64,000 nucleotides of DNA from Octopus vulgaris (Eukaryota), in NCBI GenBank assembly GCA_951406725.2, contig OX597822.1, positions 108,004,001 through 108,068,000 of the forward strand, read 5' to 3'. The notes beneath the pieces were generated by a model. It searched no databases and was not told the origin of the DNA. It worked only from the letters and a program-made list of their open reading frames with translations. Positions 1-14,242 of this stretch are shown piece after piece. Position 1 is the stretch's first letter. Every line of letters starts with the position of its first letter. Both the position numbers and the translations under genes were made by a program.

Positions 1-453
1 ATACTCTCACCCCCTATCTCTCTCTCCCTCTCTCTCTCTCTCTCTTTGCTTATCTCTCTACGTGCATATATGCATATTCACTGTAGCTCACTCACGCTTA
101 AACGCACCAGCTTATGGGTGGCGGGAATCAAATCCTAATGGAATCGTATAGGCAGGATCCAGACATACAATGTATGTTGGGTAAAATTTCATTTGCTAGA
201 GACAAGTTCCGCCCCAGATTCAACAACAGGTGGTTTCATTCCGAAGGAGAGATACCTAGCCGGAGAGGCAGGAACAAAGGGACGAAAAAGCGGATAATCG
301 ATCTAAGTAAAGGACTAGTATCTTACCTAACCAACCGAAAGGTAACTTGACGTTTGTGTGATTTAAACACCTAGCATAGCTAACCAAGATGATTACTACA
401 AAACCACTTATTGTATGCTTTATCCACACACAAAACACACACACGTATATATA

Positions 454-490
<37 letters not shown>

Positions 491-492
<2 letters not shown>

Positions 493-690
493 TTCCAAGG
501 AATCTAATGATCTTGGCTTAGATTTTCCTTTGGGGCTGGCCAAATCGGAGCACTCTCAAGATTAATCAGCCGAAATTGCTAGGATAATCCGGTTCTTGAC
601 TGAAGATTGAAGGCTTCGAATGTCGCGTCCATGTTTTTTGTATCGTCTTCTAATGTTTTGCGTTCTTGTCCCAGTTTATATTTTTTTACA
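491..690 (+). mobile_element. Short GC-richer structured insert between (TA)n tracts, unclassified and possibly PLE-derived
   Basis: Sharp boundaries at TA repeats; hammerhead-like topology at 521-589. Confidence 0.4.
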
Positions 691-703
691 TATACATACA
701 TAC

Positions 704-775
<72 letters not shown>

Positions 776-779
<4 letters not shown>

Positions 780-1546
780 CGTGTCCGAATACACTGTATA
801 CACACTTTAAATAATTGTAAAGTAGGTGTTTATTAAAATACATTTTATTTTCAAAATTTAATAGAATCTATAGGCATTCTCCTATTGTTTTGTCAGCGCC
901 TGTTTTCAAACTGACGTCCGTTCTGGTCCAAGCACTGCTGACAACGCAAATCACTGGAATCGCAAACATCACGAAACAATTCGTTTGGTATTCGTGTACA
1001 TTGTCACTCAATGGCAGCTCTGAAATCAGTGACTGTTGCAGGTTTCATACCCTAGATGTTGTCTTTTAGATACCCCCATAAAAAAGTCTAGTGATGCGAG
1101 ATCTGGTGATCGCGGAGGGTACTCAACGAAACCCCTTCGTCCATTTCACCTGTTTGGCAACATCTCCTCAAGGAAGGATCATTCATCACGATGGTAGTGT
1201 GTGGGTACCCCATCTTGCTGAAAATAAAACTCCCCATCTTCAAAGTCTTCTCTAATGATAGGCAGGACAGACTGTTGCATCAAGTTCAAGTAAGCAGGAC
1301 CAGTCACAGTAGCGTTTCAAAAGAATGGTCCAATTTTTCCTCTTGATGATAAGCCACACCACACTGTAATTCCTGGTAAATTAACACGGTGTTCCGCCAT
1401 AACATTGCCATAGTTTCTGTGGTGTTTTGCGGAACTTCCAGCTCTTTTTACACCAAGTTCATGTAACTATTGCGATCATTCTGTGAATTGCAACGAGTAG
1501 TTTTTAAATACAGTTTTAAAAAATTACGTCGTTAATAATTTCAAAC

Positions 1547-1550
<4 letters not shown>
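776..1550 (-). pseudogene. Tc1/mariner-superfamily transposase relic of DD41D (rosa/Visitor) type
   Basis: Minus strand: [22 protein letters not shown]...[13 protein letters not shown]...EYPPRSPDLASLDF, with 41 residues between the second and third D and two in-frame stops; TA-CAGCGTGTCC terminal-like sequence at 776. Confidence 0.85.
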
Positions 1551-1587
<37 letters not shown>

Positions 1588-1618
1588 ATATATATATATT
1601 CATATATAAACACACGAG

Positions 1619-1655
<37 letters not shown>

Positions 1656-1722
1656 CTGAGCTGAAACTAAATTAAAAAAATATATATATATATATCAAAT
1701 ATAATGTTGATATATATGAACA

Positions 1723-1790
<68 letters not shown>

Positions 1791-1856
1791 GGTCCCGGGT
1801 TGAGTCGGAGTTAACCACAGTAAATAAGGTACTCAATACATAGCAGAGTAAATTAA

Positions 1857-1982
1857 TTTATTTTATAGAAGGAGTTTACAGGACTAGAACTGTTTCATTC
1901 AAACGAAATCATCAGGAAGCTTCCTGATGATTTCTTTGAATGAAACAGTTCTAGTCCTGTAAAGCTCCTTCTATAAAATAAA
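1857..1982. repeat. Near-perfect ~126 bp palindrome made of two back-to-back hammerhead-like motifs
   Basis: Centre GGAAG|CTTCC at 1919/1920; each arm reads CTGATGA-TTTC(G)TTTGAAT-GAAAC-AGTTCTAGTC outward; only two indels between the arms. Confidence 0.85.
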
Positions 1983-2495
1983 AGAAAAAAAAATATATAT
2001 ATTTACAGGTATGTATGTATGTATGGTGTGTGTAGGTGTGTTTTCTATGAATATAATTTGTGACATTGTCAAAATTACTGTACAACGACGTATTGAACAT
2101 CATGGCACATCACATGAATGCTATTCGTAAGCGGTAAAATTCACTTTAAATATTATCTACAATTTCCCGCAGTGAATAGAGTGTAGATGACTCTTACTTG
2201 AAAACTGATTAGTTGTGCATAGTATAATCTCCATATGAATAGTTCTTGATCAACTATTGCTTTATGTTTTATTGGCGAGAAGGCACGAGAAGTAATGCTT
2301 AATCATACGCATGAACATTTACGCGAAGTTAGTCACATTTGATAGGATCCATAGACATATACATAAACAGACATACAGATGACACAATTGTGACACTGAT
2401 GTACTGGTGTGTAAGCATTTGTGCATACATGTGTACGTACACACACATGCGTACTTTCATATATATAAATGCATACAAAGATATATGTATACATA

Positions 2496-3006
2496 CCGTA
2501 AATCCTAGAGTATTATCCCCCTCGAGTATAACACGCAGGAGATTTTTAGGGGGCTGTACCTCCGGAATAACCTAAACCTTGTGTATAATACGCACCCCTT
2601 CTCTTACTTGAATCAAGGAGGTCTATATAACGTCCTTGGTTTGTAAAAATGTATACGGTAACGTCCTTCATTATTATTGTTTATATAACATAATGCAAAC
2701 ATGAAGCGTTATTGTATTTTTTGTTTGCAGAAAATAAAGAAGTAACAGTAATAACATTTAATAAATGTTGCTTACTGCAAGTTATGGATGATTGTTTTAT
2801 GACTTCATTGCTTTCAGGCTTAGCTTAAGGTATTTTCGCGCCCGACAACACAAAATGCGTCTGAATAAACATTGCGGAACAGCAAATCGAGACTCGGAAA
2901 TTGCTTAGAAAATATTTTGCATTTTTAACCTCATATATTGTACGCACTAGGAATTTTGACCGTTAAAATTTGGGGGAAAATGCGGATTGTACTCGAGGAT
3001 TTACGT
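2496..3006. mobile_element. Non-autonomous TA-flanked DNA transposon (pogo/Tc2-like MITE)
   Basis: TIRs CCGTAAATCCTAGAGTATTATCC and GGATTGTACTCGAGGATTTACGT with TA on both sides. Confidence 0.75.
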
Positions 3007-3124
3007 TACATATATAAATACATATATACGTACGTCAATACGTAAATGAATACATGCAATACGTAATTCATGCATACATACATGCACACATGCATACAGG
3101 ATCTGTTAAATACAAGCAGTTTCG

Positions 3125-3290
3125 GGAGAAAGGGTCAGTCGATTACGCCAAGCTAAGTGCGTAACTGGTACATATTTCATCGACCCTAAATAAGCGAATG
3201 TAAGGACCACCTTAGCCGGGTTTGAACTTGAAGACGAATGAAATATCACTAAGAGTTTTGTCCGGCATGTTAACGATTTTGCTAGGTCAT
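3125..3290 (-). mobile_element. Degenerate SINE family B
   Basis: AACTGGTACATATTTCATCGACCC...TTTGAACT...CCGGCATGTTAACGATT. Confidence 0.6.
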
Positions 3291-4299
3291 AAAATTAGTT
3301 TCTTGAACTATTAAGATTAATGTCAAAGATACAGCAAAAAATAATAATAAATAATAAATACTTCTATACTGAAAAGACGAGGAATCTATGGATATTGTCC
3401 TTATCTTATGAAATGACAACAAAAGGGTAACAATCATATTGAAATATATGTATGGTCTTCACTGTTTCATACAGATTCTTGAGCATGAGAAAATTTAATA
3501 AAGAAGCGATTCTCTCTCAGAAGAAGCAGTTTCCAGTACAAAAACAAACATAATGTCTGTTCTCGTAATAATTTGTGCTTTATATTACTTAAGTAACTTC
3601 CCTTGCACCAATCGCGGGAATCTCGTCTTTTACTAAGTTATAAGAAACACTATCAATTCAGAAATAAGTAGTACGCGACTTTACTGCGAGATTATGTAAA
3701 ACACTTCGAATGTTTTAGCATGAAGTATTCCTATATAACCGAAAGGAATCATGTATAGATACAGGCATAGATACAGAAATAAATGACAAGCAAAAATAAG
3801 TTCTCAAACTTCCGATTGAAGTGTTGAAATTTGTGAAACAGTAGAATTCTCATAAAGAATATTTTGAAATGAATTAAATCTACAAATATCCAGAAGAGAT
3901 ACGGCTGGTGTTATTTTCAAAACGGTGAAGTGCAACCACAATATAAGATATTCCAATTATTTACAACTACCAAGCCACGTTCTTTGAGGTGAAATATTAG
4001 GCAAATTCAACCGAAATATGAAGCAATATATAGTAATATCATAGTTTCATCCGCTTAGAAATTTGCTAAAAACATGAACTTGGACCAAAGAATAGTAATA
4101 ACATTGGAAGAAGGACATTTGGTGTTACACAGTTGTAAGGTAACCACTCACAGAGAATATAAAATAGATGGAAAAGATATGAAGGATAGGAATAAAGAAA
4201 AATACAACTCGCAAGACTTAATTATTTGTTTCGAAATAACATAGAGCTATATATATGAAAACACACACACACACATATATAAGTATGTATGTATGTATG

Positions 4300-4358
<59 letters not shown>

Positions 4359-4395
4359 AAATATGTATATATGTATGTATATATATATATATATA

Positions 4396-4670
4396 TCTTT
4401 ATATATAAAAGAGAGGTTGTGTGTCTGTCTCCTACGATTTAGATTCCTAACTACTCCCATATTTTGCGGTGCAGTTTAACCAAAACCGGGTATCTTATAG
4501 TCGTGATTCATATCGAGCCCTTTTGGGTATTAGTGCGCGTCTATGATGAGTCTACGATTAAAAAAAAAATACCGTAATTTTTTTCAATTTTAATGCATTT
4601 TTTCGCTATTATATAAGGGAAGTAACTCTCTAAAAATGTCTACGATGAGTCAACGATTTAAAAAAAAAAT
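4396..4670 (+). mobile_element. 3'-truncated copy of the same Helitron family
   Basis: High similarity to 12980-13500 (GATTTAGATTCCTAACTACTCCCA...GTCGTGATTCATATCGAGCCC...AAGGGAAGTAACTCTCTAAAAATG). Confidence 0.8.
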
Positions 4671-4685
4671 ATTTATATATATATT

Positions 4686-4742
<57 letters not shown>

Positions 4743-4819
4743 GGGATATGAGAAAGATAATTTATTTTAAAAAATCCTAGAATGTACTGCAAACTCGTTC
4801 TTAATGTGTTTTAAATAAT

Positions 4820-5000
4820 ATTTTAACTGTTATTTCTAGCAAATCTTGTTGACTTGTTCGTAGCTTTTAAATATTTAATTTGCTCACAAATGTTTTAATA
4901 TTAACTTTGCTCGTGTATATTTCAATGTTTTGACTGTTACTTCTAGCAACTCCTGTTGGTTAGTTTGTTCGTACCTTTTAAATATTTAATTTACTCCCGC
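4820..5000 (+). repeat. Diverged tandem duplication (~107 bp spacing)
   Basis: ACTGTTATTTCTAGCAA...GTTCGTAGCTTTTAAATATTTAATTT occurs twice. Confidence 0.65.
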
Positions 5001-6104
5001 AGACAGACATCATAGTTGGTATTGTCATAACAATCAATATTTATTATAAGCAATATCATGAGATTTGGTAAAGGAAAACTTAAAACAAGATAGTAGCTGA
5101 CAATTAAGGGGTTCGCACTAGCACACCATCGATAATGAAACGGGGGGAAATTTATCACGTAGTACTATAGTTAAATATTTTAAACAATATTGCTATATTG
5201 TATACAGTTAAAGTTTAGGGTAATTCAGAGGATTATTAAGAAGAATATTATAATAAAAGGATAGTAATTTATGAATACTTTATGAATATATATGCGTGTG
5301 TGTGTGTGTGTGTGTGTATGCGTCTGTGTTCGCTGAATTATAATATTATTCGCTATTTAGATCGTTATTTACATATAACGTGTTATGATTTATATATATG
5401 TTGTCCTTAATCCTGTAAGAGTTCTCCAACTTGCCCGTATATTTCTAGACACTTTTTTTAGCTTTCACAAATAAGTCTCTAGAAAACAAACTAAGAAAAC
5501 ATAGGAAAGAAACGAAACTAAACTAGTTCCAAAACTTCAAAATAAAGAATTTATATAATTAGTAATTCATCATTTCCTTAAGTGCTTTTCGAAATATTAC
5601 TTGCGTTTATCCGATCAGATGAACGAAGAGCTTTCGTGAAAAGGCAGATAGCTTCAAAGAATAATAGAGAAGGCCAAGGCCTGTTGTAACAATACACATG
5701 AGAATAGGTTGTGTCTGAAACTGATGGATGAGGAAAATGACATTCCGGTGAGTATAAAATTACCATCATCAATTTATACTGTCAATGATATCAGATAAAT
5801 ATTTTAAACTTTGAAACTCTGATTCGCCCAGTTTTAAGAGGGAGATGTCTGCAATCGTCTACTGACAATTGTTTCCTTAAAGAGCTAATACATTTTTCTT
5901 AATACAAAGACGTTTATTCAGGAGTCAAGGAAAACATCAGAAAGGTATTCTTATAAAGCTTGTCGGTGTTTTGGTGATATATTGATAATTACACAAAGTT
6001 AATATAAAATGCATAGATACACAATGGAACTCTCAAGCACAATCATCTTTCTCTCTCTCTCTCTCTCTGTATATATATAATATATATATATATATAATAT
6101 ATAT

Positions 6105-6333
6105 ATTTCTTTACTACCCACAAGGGGCTAAACACAGAGGGGACAAACAAGGATAGACAAAGGATTAATTCAATTACATCGACCCCAGTGTGCAACTGGT
6201 ACTTAATTTATCGACCCCGAAAGGATGAAAGGCAAAGTCGACCTCGGCGGAATTTGAACTCAGAACGTAACGGCAGACGAAATACAGCTACGCATTTCGC
6301 CCGGCATGCTAACGTTTCTGCCAGCTCGCCGCC
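6105..6333 (-). mobile_element. tRNA-derived SINE family B (Nin/Deu-like central domain), full length
   Basis: Reverse complement GGCGGCGAGCTGGCAGAAACGTTAGC...GAGTTCAAATTCCGCC (B box)...GCCTTTCATCCTTTCGGGGTCGATAAATTAAGTACCAG...GTAGTAAAGAAATA. Confidence 0.85.
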
Positions 6334-6406
6334 TTATCTAATATATAAAATATATATATACATATATATATATACGCCCCCTCTCTCTCTCTCTTTATAT
6401 ATATAC

Positions 6407-6539
<133 letters not shown>

Positions 6540-6559
6540 AGAGAGAGAGAGAGAGAGAG

Positions 6560-7775
6560 AGGCGTAAGTTATTTAAGGACAGATTTATGTTTATAAAAAT
6601 AACCAGAAATATAACAAATAACTTCATTTATCAAAAAATGCTTTGAGGATAAAAATAAATCTATACTATAATCTTATTCAATAAAGCCAACTTCAGCTAC
6701 AACAAATGCTTCTATATGTGATCTAAATCATCTACATGTTCGAATCAAGTTGTCCTGGTTCATTTTGGACATTTCTCTGCCTATGCAACTTTCAAACCAC
6801 GTTAGTTTTATGGGTGTGTTCATTGACCTTTCTCTCAACAACGCTTCACATGTAATAGTCCAAATCATTGAGATCAAGCGAATTAGGAGGCCAAATATTA
6901 GGGGTTATGTGATCATGAAATTTTCATTCAGCCATTCTTGTGTTACAAAACCATGTGTGATAGTGGAGAATCTTAATGAAACACATATGGCCTTCCATTG
7001 CATACACTCTCGATCCAGGGCTTAACAATTCTTTCATGGAACTCAATGTAGCCTTGTGTAAAGAAGAAGTAAGGAGGCACTACATGTCCAGCATTGCTGA
7101 CAACCCCTAAAGCTATGATAGTTGCCTGGAAATTCTGAATGAGTAACACTTGGAACTTCAGAAGTGTTTGCACATAACCATCTGTCATTTCTTCTGTTAA
7201 CATTTTGGTCTTGATTGAAATTTTTCTTGTTTGAAGAAAATCAAATCTTCTGTTGGATTTTGCAGTTTGATTAAGAGTCTTTTAGATCCTATGAAATGAT
7301 TTTCTTTTGCTTTTTCAGGCGACTTGACATTTCCTCATCTTATAAAGCTTATAAATTTTGTCTTCATGGACAACATTTCAAATTGTTCCTTCTGACAGAT
7401 GGAGATCTTTTGCAATTGACCACATGAACTTTCTGGGATTGGAATCAATGGTCTGTTGAACTTACTGGATAAATGGACGTATTCCGATGATTCCAGAGTG
7501 TATAGAATGATTTTGTATGAGTTGATGCTGGTGATACATTTCGATCTTCAGTCTCTACCTTCTTACAAATTTTGTAGATGAAAGACCTTTCAACTTTTAA
7601 AACTCTAGATATACCTACATCTCTATGTTCAGCCTTTATAACTGCAATAACACCATGTCTCTTCATTTCTCGAGTAATCTGAGGGGCTGGCATTATTATT
7701 TTCTGAAACAAAGATTATTTAAACATGCAGCAATGACCACAAAATATTTTGTCCTCAAATACCTTACGCACTCTG
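6560..7775 (-). pseudogene. Tc1/mariner transposase relic, maT/DD37D-like
   Basis: N-terminal HTH-like KRHGVIAVIKAEH...ISRVLKVERSFIYK; LGVVSNAGHVVPPYFF; IVKPWIESVCNGRPYVF; WPPNSLDLNDLDYY; multiple stops and frameshifts. Confidence 0.8.
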
Positions 7776-8608
7776 TATATATATAAAATATATATACAAA
7801 GATAGGTAGATGTACATATAAATATAACACATAAAAGACATTTAGGTGTATGTATGTGCTTGATTCTGCCTCTACAAATTTTACCGATCTTAATGTGCGA
7901 AGTACCTGGCTTCGGAGGAAAGAAAATACTGAACGAATCAGTTAATTATGAATTGATTCAACATATTCCTCTCTCAGATTCACACACTTATTGCAGCGGT
8001 CTACATATTGTCTAAAGTATTTCGGTCTTCCAACGAGGCCTTTTGCGATACACTTAAAACCAGGAAGTTTTCAACACCCCTTTCGTGCCTAAGGAGGCTA
8101 AATTTAATATTGGGGAGATCACGAATTATATCCATATTAATCAGAGTAGTCATTTAAGTATAGGAAAATATACATTCGTGCATACTTTCATAAGGATAAC
8201 CCTTTATTAACTTCTGTGCAAGTCTGTTTGTTAAGAAACAGACATTTAGGTAGTTGGTAAGTAGACAGGGAAAAAGGTGATGAAATAAGAAGGCGTTGAT
8301 ATTTTTTAGTTTTTAAACAGTAATGCCAAGATTAATACCTTCATTTATGATAAACTATGATCAATAAAGTAACTTCAGTGTCATTTAAATACTTTTCATT
8401 ATGCTTATTGCATTATGCCACCTGTCCTCACTTATAATATACTGCGTTACAATATATAATGCGACGAGAGAATACTATATTCATATATCTATATATATAT
8501 TCATACGCACAGATATATATATATATATATATATATATACATTCATATATACATACATACTCAAACACACCCATACATATATAAATACATAATCTAATTA
8601 TATGTGTA

Positions 8609-8681
<73 letters not shown>

Positions 8682-9244
8682 TTATACAGTTAAGTTTAAG
8701 ATATTATTTGCACAGTGTTTTGAATTTGAATATATTATATTCTAATATTATTGGCTTAATCTCAAAAACTGAAATATATTGCTTTATTCAAATGAAGAAA
8801 CTGATTGAAATTGGGTAACAAATTTGCTCATAAACTTTCACACTGAAATTGATAAAACGCCCATAGAGTAACAGATACACAGGTACCGACTCCATGAAGG
8901 CATACATTCACAGACGGGAATATACATACATTCGTTTGCACACACAAATAAACACAAATATATACACCTACTCAATTTTAACACAATACATATTATCAGT
9001 TAATTACCTTGTATTATGTTATTTTGTATTATAGGGTGCAACATTTTCAAACAGTTTTTTAGAATCTGATTTATAATGTACCAAGTTTAAATACAGCACA
9101 ATATGATATTATTTACATTAATCTCCAATTCATATATTCTTCTTCACAATCTCAATTAAAGTATAGTTTATATATATTTATATTCGGCATGAATATATCA
9201 TATACTGATATATGATATTATTTGCAATATCGTCCATGACTTCA

Positions 9245-9275
<31 letters not shown>

Positions 9276-9293
9276 CCATTATAACAATACTAT

Positions 9294-9324
<31 letters not shown>

Positions 9325-9404
9325 GCATACATACATACATTGATATATACATACCTACATACATTCACGCACACAAATACATAGTATATATTTTATATAT
9401 TATA

Positions 9405-9457
<53 letters not shown>

Positions 9458-10427
9458 CATGGTATGTTTGTGTATGTGCTTGTGTGTTTGTTTATGTGTA
9501 TCTAGATATTGTTTGAAATGATGTACAGATTCTATATACTAAGAAGCATCAGGGAGTCGGGATTTTGCTAAAAATGATTTATTTAACATTCTCATCGCTT
9601 TTGAGCGCGTAATTATCAATGCTATATTCATAGGAAATTCTTTAATTCTTTATATAAATTCTTTATATATGTTTTATATGTATGTGAGTTCGGTGAGTTT
9701 TGGGAGTGGTTGGGATGTTCTTAGTTATTTTGAATGTGTTTGTATACATGTACTTGTATATATGAGTGTATACATGTGTGTGTATTTATGGGCGTGAGGG
9801 TATGTATGTGTGGTGAACCTTTTGGCACCTTGGTGAGAGAGAAAAAATATGACGGAAATAAAGACTGACAGAATGAGAGAAAGTGTAGTGTTTTTCTGAG
9901 ATTGTTGCAACAGATGATTGGTCAAAAAGAGATCGTAAGACTGACAGCACTTTTGGCTAGTTACTACGTTACTCAGCTGTAGAATTTTAGAGTCTATCAT
10001 ATTATTTTGGACCCTTTTTAATTACCTGTGTGTGCCTGTGTTTTTTTTCTGCACATGTCAAAGAGTAGGAGTGTGGTGTTTTGGCTGCTTAGGTGAAGTT
10101 TTCTAGTTATTGTGTCACAGTATTGAGAGCATTATTAATGGTAATTTATATCCAATGGTAATTTGATTTGGCTAATATAGGAGACTACATTTTAGTAAGG
10201 ATTTCTCATGTTTATATAACAATATGTTTTTATTCGTTTAAATTAAGTACGAATTTAAATCTTGAATCTGCTGTTTACACGCACACACACGCACATTTGT
10301 ATATGCATATACATACACACACACAAACACAATCACAAACACACATACACACATACATATACACACATACACACATACATACATACATATATACACACAT
10401 ACATACATACATACATACATACATTCA

Positions 10428-10461
<34 letters not shown>

Positions 10462-10674
10462 CATACATGCATGCATGCATGCATACATACATATAAACAT
10501 ACATAGAGGGGAGTCTATATAAGGATAACACCTTATTTTTTCTGGACGGAAACATTTCTGTAGATTTTAAAAAAAATTTGGACTAAACATTAAAATGGGA
10601 AAGAATTTTCATAGCGTAAATTAGTACTATTTAAGAAGAGTGTACTCGCTGCGCGCGCACACACCCACAAACAC

Positions 10675-10708
<34 letters not shown>

Positions 10709-11681
10709 AAGCATACATATTTAACAATGTGAGTCCATATAATCAAATTACTTAATACCATTTTTGTCCGTGTATCTATCGTACGTTCTTTTCTTTTTCA
10801 TTTATATAATTAATGACAATTTGAAACCACCTAATTTTTAGATTCAAAATAGAATTAGGATATATAGTCTAATCTATTTTCAATTGAAGGCTAATATTGG
10901 TTAATATGGATAACATAACGAAAATAAGTGATGCCAAAATCAAATCAGAAACAAAGGCACCGAATTGAGTCTTTCTATAAATAATATCTTTAACAAGTTA
11001 ACTATATGCGTAAACTCGATCGAAATAACAGACAGTGAATAAGAGGCGGTTAGCCAATTTAATTTAAAATGGTGGAAGGAAGCAAAAATTTCATCAAGTA
11101 ATTTGGCTAAGGTCTATTGAACTTGGATATCTCATACGATATAGAAAATGTTTATTAACGTTCCAGAAAAAATGCAAATCTATACGCATCAAGATACTAG
11201 TTATATCGACTAGACGATTTTAAAATTTAAAATCTTGTATATTCTATAAACGTTCAGATGTTTACACATTCTTATATTTCTACACAATGTTGCAAGACAA
11301 TCTATAATGGAACTTATGATGATTTCATATTTCTGAGAACATTAAGCCTTTGAGTTTCGGAGATAAGAAGCATGTGACTGGATATTCCAGACACACAGAG
11401 TATGTTATATATATATAGGACAAAACAGCATGACGGTAGACATGTTGAATTTTAATTAAAACTCATAAGACGTAAGAAATGTTTCTCTTTAGCCTCTCGG
11501 GGATAAAAGGTTATGGTCGACGCCTGTCACCGAGGAACTTGTCGAAGACACTATGTATTTGGGTTGAAGCTGGAGTGACATATCTTCAGAAGTAATAAGT
11601 TCATAACGACTCAGACGTGTGTATACGGGCGTGCCTTTGTGTGTGTAGATATGCGTTGTCGCATGCATAAATGTATATATA

Positions 11682-11740
<59 letters not shown>

Positions 11741-11743
11741 ATA

Positions 11744-12140
11744 TCTCTTATTATAAAAGGCAGATTTTATCTGCCTCCCTTTGGGAGTTATACGAATCTA
11801 CAATATAGGATTTCTTCAATTACAATTTACCTAGCAATTTTAAGAGTACAATGCATCGCGTCATGCCAGGTCCGGTTTTTAAAATTTAAACTCCAATAAA
11901 GCAAAATTTACAGAAAACTCACATTCTGGTGTGTGTGTCAAATGCTTTTCTTAGTCTGGTTTACACCACACGCAAACGCACACACACAGTGGGCAATGAA
12001 TAAAGTGAAACTAGATGTAATATTTGTTTCTCTCTATCACGCTGATAGATACATGAGTAAAATGTATGGGAAGCTAACACATAAGTGTGAGTGAAAATGT
12101 TCTTGGAAGAGAGTAAATAGCCAGAGATAGTGATTTGAGG
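11744..12140 (+). mobile_element. Probable 5' part of a second Helitron-like family
   Basis: A|TCTCTTATTATAAAAGG 5' signature; no 3' hairpin or CTRR end found. Confidence 0.4.
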
Positions 12141-12703
12141 AACACTCATACATACATACATACATACATACACACACACACATACATACATAGACACACA
12201 TACATACATACACACATACATACATACATATACATACATACATACACACACACACATATACACACACACAGTATTGAAGCTTGAGAACAATCAGATACAT
12301 TTGCAACACATCTGTTGAAAATATTATTGTTCACACACATACATATACATATATACATACAGACAGACAGACAGATAGACACACACACACACACATGATC
12401 CAGCATGGCCACAACCTCAAGGCTGAAACATATAAAAGAATAACAGAATATAAATGTGTGCATGTGTGTGAGAGAGAGAGTGTGTGTGTATATGTATGTA
12501 TGTATGTATGTATGTATATATATATATAATAATGCGGTTTTTTCAACAGCTTGAACTAAAAGTCAGAGGGGAATGGGATAAACTACTTATATTAACTTGC
12601 TATAAATGCAGGTAGTAACTTTATCTTGTCCTTATTCATAGTGCAAGTTTTGAAGAGTGCATTTCGATTTTAACAGCTATTTTTTTCAAAGCTATATTGG
12701 AAC

Positions 12704-12960
12704 AGCCTAGAAGACGAGCCTCATCCTGAAAGATCTGTAGAACTCGACAAGGACATCCTGAAAATCCTGGTGGAACAAAATCTCATCGTAACTGTTGAGG
12801 AACTAGCAGAGAAGCTTGGATTTGGTCATTCAACCATTCATTGAGACCTGTGTGCTATCGGAAAAGTCAGCAAATTGGGTCAATGGGTTCCTCACGAACT
12901 TTCCGAGTCTAATTGCATGCAGAGAGTGAATGTATGCTTTTCTTTGCTGTCACATCTCAC
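12704..12960 (+). pseudogene. Mariner transposase fragment (HTH + WVPHEL)
   Basis: SLEDEPHPERSVELD...TVEELAEKLGFGHSTIH*DLCAIGKVSKLGQWVPHELSE. Confidence 0.88.
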
Positions 12961-12979
12961 CACTACTGCGCTATGTATA

Positions 12980-13617
12980 TCTATATATATAAAACTGTAG
13001 TTGTGTGAGTGTCTGTCCCCTTCGATTTAGATTCCTAACTACTCCCACATTTTGCGGTACAGTTTAACCAAATTCGGGTAGCTTATAGTCGTGATTCATA
13101 TCGAGCCCGTCTGCGTATTAGCGCGCGTCTACGATGAGTCTACGATTTTAAAAATAATTTAACATCATTTTTTATTCCATTTTAATGCATAATTTTTCGT
13201 GTGTCGATGGCGGCGGAGTTGGCGTTCACGCTCACACCTGCACCTGTGGGGAAGGGAGTGTAAGGAAATCAACGTCGTAATGCGTTGTCAAGGAGACCAG
13301 CGTTCTTTTAGAACAACGACTTCATGGCTTGAAGACACCAAAACAGAAATGGCTAAGAAAGCGTCTACATGAGTCTACGATTTTAAAAAAAAATTACCAT
13401 TGTTTTTTTTTCCATTTTAATGCATTTTTTCGCTATTATATAAGGGAAGTAACTCTCTAAAAATGTCTACGATGAGTCAACGATTTTTCAAAAAATTTAC
13501 CATCATATTTTTTCCATTTTTAATGCATTTTTTGCTATTTTTTGGCTATAACTCTCTAAAAATGCTTATATAGTTATTTCCCTTACAAACCCGAGCAACG
13601 CCGGGCGATACTGCTAG
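12980..13617 (+). mobile_element. Complete non-autonomous Helitron
   Basis: 5' TC(TATATATATAAAA), 3' hairpin CCCG-AGCAACGC-CGGG followed by CTAG, inserted between A and T; internal GAGTCTACGATTTTAAAAA subrepeats. Confidence 0.85.
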
Positions 13618-13691
13618 TATATAAATATATTCTTATATACACACACATATATGTATGTAATTGTATGTATATATATGCATATATATGTGTG

Positions 13692-13744
<53 letters not shown>

Positions 13745-14175
13745 GTATATATATATAAAACTTACTTGGAAAATGATGCATGACGTTCAATACTATAATA
13801 TAAATAATATATAAATATATATACATATACACATACATATCCGTACATACCTACATACATATGTATATATACATGCATATATGGGCAAAGCACATACACA
13901 ACGTAGACAGAATGAGAAACAAAAACATAGAAAACGATTTTTTTTTCGAACAACGAAAAAACAGAGGAACGAGACAGGCAACATAAAGAACAGGCGGAGT
14001 AGATAAAACAGGGGACAAGTGATTAAGGGGAATTTTCTTTATGTTGTCTACGTGTTTCTTGATGTCCTGTACCCATATATGCTTGTATATATACATATAC
14101 ATGTAAGTATGTACAAATATGTATGTAGATATGCATATATTATATATTATTTATATTATATATAGACGCACACAC

Positions 14176-14239
<64 letters not shown>

Positions 14240-14242
<3 letters not shown>

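Noticed and set aside
114-350. 78 aa ORF in GC-richer sequence
   Set aside because: No recognisable domain or splice context; probably a repeat fragment
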